Shown here: piece by piece, positions 37,852 to 47,142 of the stretch
How the letters are laid out: every line of letters starts with the position of its first letter
Position numbering within the stretch: the stretch's first letter is position 1
Assembly (NCBI GenBank): GCA_009693575.1
Contig: SHWZ01000001.1
Coordinates: 26,095 to 90,094, forward strand
Length of the DNA: 64,000 nucleotides
Direction: 5' to 3'
DNA from: Flavobacteriaceae bacterium
Lineage (GTDB): Bacteria > Bacteroidota > Bacteroidia > UKL13-3
Position numbers and translations under genes: made by a program
The notes under the pieces: generated by a model
What the model was told of the DNA's origin: nothing
The model's database searches: none
Seen by the model: only the letters and a program-made list of their open reading frames with translations

Positions 37852-38325
37852 CTAAAAAAGCACAGTCGTATCAGAACCCGTCCGTTCAAACTCAGTATCA
37901 GTCAACAGTTTCTTGTTTTGCGAAGCAATCACAGCAAGTTGGTCGCAGCGTTCGTTCATTGGGTGGCCAGCATGGCCTTTCACCCACACCATTTTTACTT
38001 TATGTTTTTGGTAAACTGCATAAAATCGTTTCCACAAATCTGGATTCTTTTTGCCTTTGAAATCTTTTTTGAGCCAGCCAAACAGCCAGCCTTTGGTCAC
38101 AGAATCGCATACATACTTAGAGTCGGACACAATGCTTACTTCATGGCCTTCATTTTTTATGGCTTCAAGTCCTACGATGCAGGCCAATAGTTCCATACGG
38201 TTGTTGGTGGTGAGGCGGTATCCGGCACTCAGCTCCAGTTCTGATCCTTTGAAAGTGAGAATAGCTGCATAACCACCGGGGCCAGGGTTGCCACTACATG
38301 CACCATCTGTGTAAATGTGTATCAT
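37852..38325 (-). CDS. rnhA: Ribonuclease HI
   Basis: MIHIYTDGACSGNPGPGGYAAIL and the DSKYV...TKGW catalytic core. Tool ORF begins 6 codons upstream. Confidence 0.85.
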   Translation of the reverse strand: MIHIYTDGACSGNPGPGGYAAILTFKGSELELSAGYRLTTNNRMELLACIVGLEAIKNEGHEVSIVSDSKYVCDSVTKGWLFGWLKKDFKGKKNPDLWKRFYAVYQKHKVKMVWVKGHAGHPMNERCDQLAVIASQNKKLLTDTEFERTGSDTTVLF

Positions 38326-38495
38326 TTTTTTGCAAAGGTGCAAACGATTTGGCCAATTTCTACGTTATTGCGATACGAATCCAGATCGCTCCAATGGGGT
38401 TGAAACATTTTCAAGGCAATAAACCAAGGAATTAACTGCCAAAATTTGGATTGGTTCAATAATTGCCAACCAAGCGAACAAAACAAAAACATTAA

Positions 38496-38990
38496 ATGAA
38501 GAGCCTTTTCATCACACTTGCCGCATTGTCGATTTCCTTCGGAAGTTTTGCTCAAACAAAGCAACTGCCCGACCTAAAACTGAAAGACCTGAACGGCAAC
38601 GAACGCAACATCAAAGACCTAGGGACTACCGGAAAAATCACTATCATCACGATGTGGGCAACTTGGTGCAAGCCATGTGTGCAAGAGATAAACGCAATAA
38701 ATGAAGTGATGGAAGAGTGGAAAACAAAGTACGGTGTGGTGTTGGTAGCAGTGAGCGTGGATAATGCTCGTAACACTCCTAAAGTAAAACCTTTCGTAGA
38801 TGGCCAAGGTTGGGACTTCGATGTGATATTGGATGTGAATGAAGACCTGAAACGTGCCTTGAATGCCCCGTCCGTCCCCTACCTGATTCTGGTAGACGAG
38901 AAAGGAAAAATAGTATATGAGCACAACGGCTACCTGCCCGGCGACGAAGTGAATTTGGAAGAAAAGATAAAGAAATTGAAAGGCTTGTGA
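38496..38990 (+). CDS. TlpA/ResA-like thiol-disulfide oxidoreductase (thioredoxin fold), secreted
   Basis: Signal peptide MKSLFITLAALSISFGSFAQ. Active-site WATWCKPC (CxxC). Confidence 0.75.
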   Translation: MKSLFITLAALSISFGSFAQTKQLPDLKLKDLNGNERNIKDLGTTGKITIITMWATWCKPCVQEINAINEVMEEWKTKYGVVLVAVSVDNARNTPKVKPFVDGQGWDFDVILDVNEDLKRALNAPSVPYLILVDEKGKIVYEHNGYLPGDEVNLEEKIKKLKGL

Positions 38991-39026
38991 GGCAATGCAG
39001 CCCGTTATGGTCTTTCACTAAAAAAG

Positions 39027-39056
39027 AAAACCCTCTAGTAATTGAGGGTTTTTTTA
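39027..39056 (+). terminator. Rho-independent terminator
   Basis: aaaaccctc-tagtaatt-gagggtttttttt. Confidence 0.55.
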
Positions 39057-39078
39057 TGAATATTTGCCAACGAATTTT

Positions 39079-40104
39079 ATGCAAAAAATAATTGACCTCC
39101 GCAGCGACACTGTGACCAAACCTACCCCAGCTATGCTTCAAGCAATGATGGATGCAAAGGTTGGCGACGATGTATTTGGCGATGACCCAACCGTGAACGA
39201 ACTGGAAAGTTTTTCTGCCAAATTGTTTGGCAAGGAGGCCGCCCTTTTCTGTACTAGCGGCACCATGACCAACCAAATAGCCATCAACGTGCATACCCGC
39301 CCCGGCAACGAAGTGGTGTGTTCCCAGTATTCACATATCTACCAATACGAAGGTGGCGGGGTGGCATCCAATAGTGGCGTGCAGGTGAAATTGCTGCCTG
39401 CCGAACGAGGACTCTTGACTGCAAAACAAGTTTTAGAGGCGATCAACCCTGATGATGTTCATCTGCCAAAAACAGTATTGGTATCATTAGAAAATACGCA
39501 TAACAGAGGAGGGGGTTCAGTGTATAATCCCGAAGAGATAAAGAGTATAAAACAAGTATGCCAAGCCTATAGACTAAAGCTCCATTTGGACGGGGCAAGG
39601 CTTTTCAATGCAACTACTGTGACGGGCGAAACTGCCTCTGAATCGGTTGCTCATTTTGACTCTGTATCGGTATGCTTGAGCAAAGGTTTGGGCTGTCCGG
39701 TTGGGTCTTTGCTATTGGGTAGTAAATCCTTTATCCATGAAGCTAGGCGTGTGCGTAAACGGTATGGCGGCGGATGGCGGCAAGCAGGTTTTTTGGCTGC
39801 TGCGGGTTTGTATGCACTCAACCACAATATAGAAAGGCTAAAAGAAGACCACCGCCGAGCAAAGCACCTAGCTGAAACCTTAACTGGATTAAGCTATGTG
39901 GAGAATGTGATGCCCGCAGAAACAAGCAATGTCATTTTTACCTTGAAACCCGAAATAGATGCGGCAGTTTTCCAACAAAAACTAACTGACCACGGCATTC
40001 TCACCGTACGCATGGGGCCAACAGGCATCCGCTTTGTGACTCACTTGGAGATTGATGATGCAATGATAGAGGAGGTGTGTAAGGTGATGAAGGGGATTGG
40101 CTAA
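39079..40104 (+). CDS. ltaE: Low-specificity L-threonine aldolase
   Basis: MQKIIDLRSDTVTKPT N-terminus. PLP-lysine region LSKGLGCPVGS. Tool ORF begins at a TTG 5 codons upstream. Confidence 0.85.
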   Translation: MQKIIDLRSDTVTKPTPAMLQAMMDAKVGDDVFGDDPTVNELESFSAKLFGKEAALFCTSGTMTNQIAINVHTRPGNEVVCSQYSHIYQYEGGGVASNSGVQVKLLPAERGLLTAKQVLEAINPDDVHLPKTVLVSLENTHNRGGGSVYNPEEIKSIKQVCQAYRLKLHLDGARLFNATTVTGETASESVAHFDSVSVCLSKGLGCPVGSLLLGSKSFIHEARRVRKRYGGGWRQAGFLAAAGLYALNHNIERLKEDHRRAKHLAETLTGLSYVENVMPAETSNVIFTLKPEIDAAVFQQKLTDHGILTVRMGPTGIRFVTHLEIDDAMIEEVCKVMKGIG

Positions 40105-40130
40105 CCAGAAGCACTAGAGTAATTTTTTGG

Positions 40131-40349
40131 CTAAAGCCAATTATGTACTTGAATCTCTTTGTCCTCCAGATAAATCTGGAGGCAATTCATTTGGAGCAAT
40201 CTTACAATTTCGCAATGCAATCCAGAAATATTGAAATCATCATTGCTTCTCCTTTCATTATAGATCATAAGACGTGTGATTAATTTCTTTCGGTTTACAT
40301 TCTTGAATGGAAGGTGCGACAAAAGAATTGCTGGTGATTCTACTTTCAA
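40131..40349 (-). CDS. Small hypothetical protein (72 aa), translationally coupled to the ABC ATPase
   Basis: Its start overlaps the stop of the upstream ABC ATPase gene by 4 nt. No motif recognised. Confidence 0.25.
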   Translation of the reverse strand: MKVESPAILLSHLPFKNVNRKKLITRLMIYNERRSNDDFNISGLHCEIVRLLQMNCLQIYLEDKEIQVHNWL

Positions 40350-40993
40350 AGAGTTCCATCCCGCATCGTCAATATCCTATCACTCATTTGAGCAAGCTGT
40401 TCGTTGTGGGTCACTATCAGGAAGGTTTGCCCCATTTCGTCACGCAGTTTAAAAAAGAGTTTATGCAGTTCTTCGGCGTTGGCTGAGTCGAGGTTTCCGC
40501 TCGGTTCGTCGGCCATCACTACTGCGGGCTTGTTCACCAAGGCTCGGGCAACTGCCACCCGCTGCTGCTCGCCACCTGATAGCTGTCCTGGTTTGTTGCC
40601 AAGGCGGTGTCCCATCCCTAAGAACTTCAGTATTTCTTCGGCTCGGGCAAAAGATTCCTTTTTACTCAAACCGCTGATAAGGGCTGGCAGGGCAGCATTT
40701 TCTACCGAGGTAAATTCAGGCAACAATTGGTGAAACTGAAACACAAAGCCAATCTTGGCATTGCGAAATTTGGAGAGTTTTGTTCCGCTGAGTTTGGATA
40801 CATCTGTGCCGTCGAGGTTCACCGTTCCAGTATCTGCCTGCATGAGGGTGCCAAGTATATGCAGCAGCGTACTCTTGCCCGCCCCCGAAGCCCCTGCAAC
40901 ACTCACCACTTCGCCTCGGGCAATAGATAGGTGTACGCCTTTCAGCACTTGGGTGTCGCCAAATTTTTTTGTAATTCCTGTTGCGGTTATCAT
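40346..40993 (-). CDS. ABC transporter ATP-binding protein (LolD/MacB-ATPase-like)
   Basis: Walker [13 protein letters not shown] signature [15 protein letters not shown], Walker [13 protein letters not shown]. Likely start [12 protein letters not shown]. No adjacent permease gene. Confidence 0.85.
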   Translation of the reverse strand: MITATGITKKFGDTQVLKGVHLSIARGEVVSVAGASGAGKSTLLHILGTLMQADTGTVNLDGTDVSKLSGTKLSKFRNAKIGFVFQFHQLLPEFTSVENAALPALISGLSKKESFARAEEILKFLGMGHRLGNKPGQLSGGEQQRVAVARALVNKPAVVMADEPSGNLDSANAEELHKLFFKLRDEMGQTFLIVTHNEQLAQMSDRILTMRDGTL

Positions 40994-40994
40994 A

Positions 40995-42128
40995 TCAATA
41001 AAACCTTGCAATATCCATGTCTTTGGGCAGTGGAAGGCCGTCAAAAATATGACTGCAAAGCAAATCGGCCAAAAGCGGAGCCATCAACACCCCCTTAGTG
41101 CCAAGTCCGTTCAGCATGAAAACGTTGTTATGTGTCAGCGATTTTCCTAGCAGCGGTCTGCGGTCTTTCACAGTAGGTCGAACAGCGGCTAGGTGGTTTA
41201 TTATTTTGTAGGGAATTTTCAGCAGATTGTTGAGATGCTTGGTAAGCCACGCTTTACCTTCTTCGCTGGGTGCATCGTTCAAATTGATATGGTTGTAAGT
41301 GGCACCACACCTGAAAACCCCATTTCCGATGGGAACTAAATAAACTCCATTATGCAGAATGCAATCGGTTGAAAAATCTGGAATTTCAAGGGTCAAAATT
41401 TCGCCTTTGCTGGGGTAGAAAGGAAGGGAAGGGAAATACGGATTCTGCCAGTCGGCAAACCCATTGCATAGAACCAAGGATTCTGCTTCTATATTTTGAT
41501 AATTGATTGTGGTATTTATTTCCAGTTTCGCAAAGTCAAGTTTTTCATTTATGAAATGGTTGGCTGGTTGGCGGGGACGCCAACCAGTGACCATATTGTT
41601 ACTGGTTGGCGTCCCCGTCAACCGATCAATTGTTTGCTCTATCAATGCCTGAGTATTTACGAAGCCTGATGCGTTGAAACTGACTCCTTCAAAAGGCTGC
41701 TTAACTAGTTCCAGTCCAATTTTTGGATTTGGTGAAATATACTTCATCAGGTGCGGCTCGCAGCCTTTAGTCAGCCAATCATTTTGCTGCCCAGCATCTT
41801 TGAAGATATGGTAGGAGGGGAGTAGGTGCAGCAAAGGTGGCCCACTTTCTATTTCAATATTTTGGTAGAAGGGCATTGCCTTGGCATAAAACTCATCGAA
41901 CTTCCAATGAGGTGCAAAACGTTTTTGATTTATTGGGTTGAAAATGCCTGCAGCGATGCGGCTGCTGTTAAGTTTCTCTTCTCTCTGTGCTTCGAGGTTA
42001 TTCGGAAGAGAGGGTGAAACATGCGAGCAGGGGTCAAAAACAGCAACTGACTTCCCCCGTTGTATCAAGGTTTCAGCCAGCACAGTACCTGCCAGCCCCA
42101 TACCTGAAATTAGCACATCCACTTTCAT
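40995..42128 (-). CDS. FAD-dependent oxidoreductase (DAO/MnmC-C-terminal-like family)
   Basis: N-terminal [24 protein letters not shown] Rossmann motif. 377 aa. Confidence 0.65.
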   Translation of the reverse strand: MKVDVLISGMGLAGTVLAETLIQRGKSVAVFDPCSHVSPSLPNNLEAQREEKLNSSRIAAGIFNPINQKRFAPHWKFDEFYAKAMPFYQNIEIESGPPLLHLLPSYHIFKDAGQQNDWLTKGCEPHLMKYISPNPKIGLELVKQPFEGVSFNASGFVNTQALIEQTIDRLTGTPTSNNMVTGWRPRQPANHFINEKLDFAKLEINTTINYQNIEAESLVLCNGFADWQNPYFPSLPFYPSKGEILTLEIPDFSTDCILHNGVYLVPIGNGVFRCGATYNHINLNDAPSEEGKAWLTKHLNNLLKIPYKIINHLAAVRPTVKDRRPLLGKSLTHNNVFMLNGLGTKGVLMAPLLADLLCSHIFDGLPLPKDMDIARFY

Positions 42129-42165
42129 TCTGCCTTTTGGGTTCTATGTTTGTTGCCGTTTCCCA

Positions 42166-42771
42166 ATGCCCGCAATATTAACCGAACCTCATTATTTTCC
42201 ATGCATTGGTCAAGTAGCAGCCATCGTTCGTGATGGGTCTGTGTACTTTGATATGCAAAGCCGTTTTGTAAAACAAACCTACAGAAACCGCTGCTTGATT
42301 TTGAGTGCCAATGGACCACAGTCACTCACTGTCCCCATAATGAATGGCAGCAACTACCTACCAATGTCAGAAGTAATAATAAGCCCTGATCACGACTGGA
42401 AACGTCAGCATTTGAGGGCTATTCGCTCAGCATATAGCAGTAGCCCATATTATTTGTTCTATAGCGAAAAAATAGAAACGTTACTGAACAAGAATCATGA
42501 ACGGTTAATGGATTTACTGCTCGATTCGTACATGCTAATCTTTGAGCTTTTCAAAACCTCCGTTCTGTTTTTACGGCCTGGCCAAGAGGAAAATTTATCT
42601 GCTTCATACACAGACTTACGCAATTTATTTTCACCTAAAGTACCGAGCACATGCAACCTAAAACCATATTCGCAAGTCTTTACATACAAATTCGAATTCG
42701 TGCCAGGATTGTCAGTTCTCGACTTTTTGTTTAACTGCGGCCCTAACATATCTTACTTGACTACTATCTAG
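42166..42771 (+). CDS. WbqC-like family protein
   Basis: Start at MPAILTEPHYFPCIGQV, typical of WbqC-family N-termini (ILQPNYIPWIGYF). The tool ORF extends upstream into the opposite-strand gene. Confidence 0.55.
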   Translation: MPAILTEPHYFPCIGQVAAIVRDGSVYFDMQSRFVKQTYRNRCLILSANGPQSLTVPIMNGSNYLPMSEVIISPDHDWKRQHLRAIRSAYSSSPYYLFYSEKIETLLNKNHERLMDLLLDSYMLIFELFKTSVLFLRPGQEENLSASYTDLRNLFSPKVPSTCNLKPYSQVFTYKFEFVPGLSVLDFLFNCGPNISYLTTI

Positions 42772-42772
42772 T

Positions 42773-43768
42773 ATGCCCAAAATACTTATTATCCGCTTTT
42801 CAAGTATTGGCGACATTGTGCTTACCACACCTGTTGTCCGTTGCTTGAAAGCACAGATGCCCGATGCTGAAATCCATTATCTTGTGAAATCGAAACACGT
42901 GGGTTTGATACGAAATAATCCTAACGTGGCGAAAGTTCATGCCTTTGATAGCAACCTGCGAAAAGTAGCTCAAAAGCTCAAGTCGAACAAGTTTGATTTT
43001 GTGATTGACCTGCACAACAATCTGCGTTCGAGGTATATCACGACTATGCTAGGCTGTAAGACCATCCATTTCGACAAACTTAACTTACGCAAATGGCTGT
43101 TGACTCGCTTGCATATAAAAATGATGCCATCAAAACATTTGGTTGATAGGTATATGGAAACTTTGGAAAGTTTTGGAATAAAAAACGATGGCAAAGGGCT
43201 TGATTTTTTTATTCGAGAAAAAGACGAAGTACCAATGAGTAGTCTTCCCGAGAACTTCCGAAATGGTTATTATGCATTTGTGATTGGAGGAAGCTTTTTC
43301 ACCAAAAAGTTGCCCAACGACAAAATAGTGAATGTTATAAACAAGTCGAAACGCCCAGTGATATTAATTGGTGACGAAAGCGACCAAGGCAATGGCTACG
43401 AAATAGCCCGCAAAGTGAATGCTCCTATACTTAACCAATGTGGCAAATATTCCATCGGGCAATCTGCCAGTATTTTGCTGCAGGCTGATGGTATTATTAC
43501 CAATGATACAGGCATGATGCACATTGCTGCAGCTCTCAAAAAACCGCTTGTTTCCGTTTGGGGTAATACGGTGCCGGCCTTTGGTATGACCCCTTATTAT
43601 GGTGATGAAAAGGTGACACACCCTATTGTGCAAGTGCACGGCCTGAGCTGCCGGCCTTGTAGCAAACTTGGCCATAGCAAGTGCCCCAAAGGTCATTTTG
43701 AGTGCATGGAAATGATGCCCAGTGACGAGATAGTGAAGCGGCTGAGTGAAATATCTTTATTAGCCTGA
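42773..43768 (+). CDS. Glycosyltransferase family 9 (LPS heptosyltransferase)
   Basis: MPKILIIRFSSIGDIVLTTPVVRCLK N-terminus. GT9 C-terminal region DTGMMHIAAALKKPLVSVWG. Confidence 0.8.
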   Translation: MPKILIIRFSSIGDIVLTTPVVRCLKAQMPDAEIHYLVKSKHVGLIRNNPNVAKVHAFDSNLRKVAQKLKSNKFDFVIDLHNNLRSRYITTMLGCKTIHFDKLNLRKWLLTRLHIKMMPSKHLVDRYMETLESFGIKNDGKGLDFFIREKDEVPMSSLPENFRNGYYAFVIGGSFFTKKLPNDKIVNVINKSKRPVILIGDESDQGNGYEIARKVNAPILNQCGKYSIGQSASILLQADGIITNDTGMMHIAAALKKPLVSVWGNTVPAFGMTPYYGDEKVTHPIVQVHGLSCRPCSKLGHSKCPKGHFECMEMMPSDEIVKRLSEISLLA

Positions 43769-43845
43769 TAACTAGGCTTCTGATTTTTTTTCTTGTTTTA
43801 TTCAAAAAATTGTTCTTACTTGCCCTCAAATAATTAGAGGATAAC

Positions 43846-44676
43846 ATGGAACAACTATTCAAAAAAATTCTGGTGACCTCTGAAAAAGCTAACACTTTTC
43901 CGGTTGCCTGTGAGTTTGCAGAATTTCTTCTGACCAAGACCCTGCCCGACGAACTGGACTTCCTTTTCGTCAACGAAGACCTTTCCCATTACAACGAAGA
44001 AGTAAAAGGCCGCGTAAAAGACTGCATTAACCTGATGCACAGCAAAGGCATTATGACCGAACACTCATTCAGGCAAGGCAATTTTCACCATGGCACTATT
44101 GATATGGCTACGCACAACGAGTCAGACTTGATAATCTGCGGGGCAGAACTTGTGAAAGGCTTCCGTCGATTTTGGAACGGCAGCGAAACGTATAAGTTGA
44201 TGAAGGCTTCGCCATGCTATGTGATTTCGGTGCAAAAGCCAATGAAAAGGTTTGGTATAAAAAACATCATTATACCTGTTGATAGCTCTGGAGAAACACG
44301 TCAAAAAGTACCTGCCGCCATACAAATGGCAAAACTGATGAATGCTACTATACATGTAGTAGGCGTGTCGAGCACCAAGGGGGGCGATGTGATGAATACA
44401 GTGCAAAGCTATACACATCAAACAGCTGAATTCTTGGCGAAAAAAAACGTGAACGTGGTAACAGCATTTATGCAAGGCACCAACCTTACCGACATTACCT
44501 TACAATACGCAGAAGACCAACACGCTGACCTAATAATCATTATGGCCACAGAAGAACCTAACCCTTACGGCATGTTTGAAGGTTCTTTCGCGGAACAAAT
44601 GATACTAAAATCGGAAGCACCTGTAATGGCCATTAAACTGCGGGACGACCTACAAGTGTCACACTTTTCGGTGTAG
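43846..44676 (+). CDS. Universal stress protein family (tandem Usp domains)
   Basis: Two UspA-like alpha/beta units. The second reads IIIPVDSSGETRQKVPAAIQMAKLMNATIHVVGV. Confidence 0.6.
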   Translation: MEQLFKKILVTSEKANTFPVACEFAEFLLTKTLPDELDFLFVNEDLSHYNEEVKGRVKDCINLMHSKGIMTEHSFRQGNFHHGTIDMATHNESDLIICGAELVKGFRRFWNGSETYKLMKASPCYVISVQKPMKRFGIKNIIIPVDSSGETRQKVPAAIQMAKLMNATIHVVGVSSTKGGDVMNTVQSYTHQTAEFLAKKNVNVVTAFMQGTNLTDITLQYAEDQHADLIIIMATEEPNPYGMFEGSFAEQMILKSEAPVMAIKLRDDLQVSHFSV

Positions 44677-44705
44677 TAGTTCTCAACTTCCATGGGCATC
44701 TACCT

Positions 44706-45689
44706 TTGCCCGCTGTGAAACACTACGAACATTATCTAAATATTATTAACACTGGCTTGGAAAGTTTGACTTTTCCAGAGCAACCAGCCAGTTTGTATGA
44801 GCCAATTAAATTTTCACTTGATTTAGGTGGCAAAAGGTTGAGGCCAGTACTACTACTGATAGCCAATGAACTTTATGGAGGAAAAGAAAAGGAAGCATTG
44901 CCTGCGGCCTTAGCTATTGAGGTATTTCATAATTTTACGCTGATGCACGACGACATCATGGACAAGGCACCATTGCGACGGGGCAAACCAACTGTACATG
45001 AAAAATGGGATACAAATTCCGCCATACTTAGTGGCGATCAGATGCTGGTGTGGGCTTACAGTCTTTTGAGTGGGACGAATGAATTCTATTTGTCCCAGGC
45101 ATATACACTATTTAATGAAACAGCAAAAGGTGTTTGCGAAGGGCAGCGATGGGATATGGATTTTGAACAACTTGAAAAAGTAGATGACCTTCAATACATT
45201 CAGATGATAACGCTGAAAACAGCGGTGTTGTTGGCAGCCTCGCTTCAAATGGGAGCATTGCTGGCAGGTGCCGACGAGTTTGAGCAAAAACATATTTACC
45301 AGTTTGGTTTAAACTTGGGAATCTCCTTTCAGTTGCAGGATGACTTGTTGGATGTGTTTGGCAGCACAGCCGATGTAGGTAAGATACAAGGTGGCGACAT
45401 TGTGGCCAACAAAAAAACCTACCTTTGGATTGTGGCACACAAACTCGCCAATGATGAAAATCAAAAGCAGCTTTTGCATTGGTCTTCCAACAAAAATGCA
45501 GATCAAAAAGATAAGATTAGAGCCGTAAAAAAAATCTATGAAACCCTTGGTATACCTGCATTAGCGGAGGAACGCAAGTCCTATTTTTACATGGAAGCAT
45601 TGAAGCATCTCGACCAACTTTCGTTGCCACAAGAAAAGAAAAATATTTTACAAGGCCTGGCTCAAAACCTTATGGACAGAATTAGCTGA
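44706..45689 (+). CDS. Polyprenyl diphosphate synthase (trans-isoprenyl diphosphate synthase, IspA/GGPPS-like)
   Basis: First DDxxD in LMHDDIMD, second in FQLQDDLLD. 327 aa. Confidence 0.85.
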   Translation: MPAVKHYEHYLNIINTGLESLTFPEQPASLYEPIKFSLDLGGKRLRPVLLLIANELYGGKEKEALPAALAIEVFHNFTLMHDDIMDKAPLRRGKPTVHEKWDTNSAILSGDQMLVWAYSLLSGTNEFYLSQAYTLFNETAKGVCEGQRWDMDFEQLEKVDDLQYIQMITLKTAVLLAASLQMGALLAGADEFEQKHIYQFGLNLGISFQLQDDLLDVFGSTADVGKIQGGDIVANKKTYLWIVAHKLANDENQKQLLHWSSNKNADQKDKIRAVKKIYETLGIPALAEERKSYFYMEALKHLDQLSLPQEKKNILQGLAQNLMDRIS

Positions 45690-47023
45690 TGCAGAAGAAG
45701 AGTTTGGGGTTTGCCACTTCGACTACGATCAGTACCACATACACATTGAGCTTTTTAGGGCTTGTGTTTATTGCCAAAATTTCCCAGCAATACCTCTTCC
45801 CGTTGCCGGGTACGGATGCCGTTTGGTATTTGAGCCCGATGTACGAATTTCTTCGTGGCCATTGGTTTCACAACGGATTTGCTAATCAGGATACTACTTT
45901 TTTTCTAGGATATTGCTCATTAATTACCCCGTTCTTCATACTACTAAATGGTAGTACTTATTTTCTATTTTTCTTCTACGATTTGCTGAATGTGTTCATC
46001 CTGTTCATGCTTTGGAAACTGCTGCGACAAACATTTACAGACAGGCAATCGTTGCCTTTCATTTTAGTATTTTTATGCACTCCCATCTTCTGGCATTATC
46101 GCCCTGAGCAATTGATTTTTCTGCTGTTTGTAGTGTTATTTTTGATAAAAGATAAACCTGGACTGACTATCATGCTCACGGTTGTACTTGCTTTGGTGCA
46201 TCCCTTTGCTGGCTTGGTGGCAGCTATTATTTTGGTAGAAGCAAATTGGCATGGAAACAAAAGGAAATTACTCCGAATTGGAGTGGCTGCCGCAGTCATT
46301 TATTTACTTTGTATTTTCTGGGTTTCACACTTCGTAGATGTATCAAAAAGCACTGGCACTCTTGCCGACATGATGCAAACCCGCCTTGAGAATTTTAGCC
46401 TACGAAACTTCGTGGAGTTTTTTAAGTATTCTTTCCCGATTGTGTTGTTCAGTCTGGCTTGTGTTTGGGGCTACCTAAAGGCAAACCCAAAGCAATGCAT
46501 TCTGATGGTGGCCTTCGCTATGTTCTGCCTATTCATGAACAAGCCCTACTACTTCTACTACCTCGATTTTTATTTGCTGTGGAAGGTTTCTGTTCATGGG
46601 ATGTGGCCAAAAGTAAAATGGATGTATGCCCCTTTATTGGTTTCTGCCTTAGGCATCAATGTAGCCAAACCATTTTATCCATTCTTATTTGAAAATGGGA
46701 TGGATGAAAGCCAGCAGATTCATAAAATTTTGAATAAGTTGGAATCTCTTTCAATGGAAATAACCTATAGGCAAATCCATATCCCTGCTAATTTTGCTAC
46801 CCCTCTGTTAAGCAACGAAAATGTGCGGATGCTATACTTCAACAACCACACTCCATCGTTCACTACACTTCCCAAACCTGGAGATTATATTTTTCTTCAA
46901 CATCCTTATCAGGTAGCTGAATTACAAAATGCCTATCCAAATTTGCTGATAGACTCTTCGTATTTGATTCACGATGAAACAGGCCGAGAGCATTATTGTT
47001 TGATTCAGTTGGAGGTGCAGTAG
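45689..47023 (+). CDS. Hypothetical polytopic membrane protein (translationally coupled to the polyprenyl synthase)
   Basis: ATG overlaps the upstream TGA (ATGA-type junction). 444 aa, at least 10 TM segments, with a soluble C-terminal domain. Confidence 0.5.
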   Translation: MQKKSLGFATSTTISTTYTLSFLGLVFIAKISQQYLFPLPGTDAVWYLSPMYEFLRGHWFHNGFANQDTTFFLGYCSLITPFFILLNGSTYFLFFFYDLLNVFILFMLWKLLRQTFTDRQSLPFILVFLCTPIFWHYRPEQLIFLLFVVLFLIKDKPGLTIMLTVVLALVHPFAGLVAAIILVEANWHGNKRKLLRIGVAAAVIYLLCIFWVSHFVDVSKSTGTLADMMQTRLENFSLRNFVEFFKYSFPIVLFSLACVWGYLKANPKQCILMVAFAMFCLFMNKPYYFYYLDFYLLWKVSVHGMWPKVKWMYAPLLVSALGINVAKPFYPFLFENGMDESQQIHKILNKLESLSMEITYRQIHIPANFATPLLSNENVRMLYFNNHTPSFTTLPKPGDYIFLQHPYQVAELQNAYPNLLIDSSYLIHDETGREHYCLIQLEVQ

Positions 47024-47142
47024 TTTTCAATCTCAAAATCATTCAATCTTCCCACTCCCAACTTTCAGTCTGCCTCACCTTCACAATTTGTTCATTTCCC
47101 ATCAAAGCCAAGCCGTTACATTTGCACTCCTTTTTATAAAAT

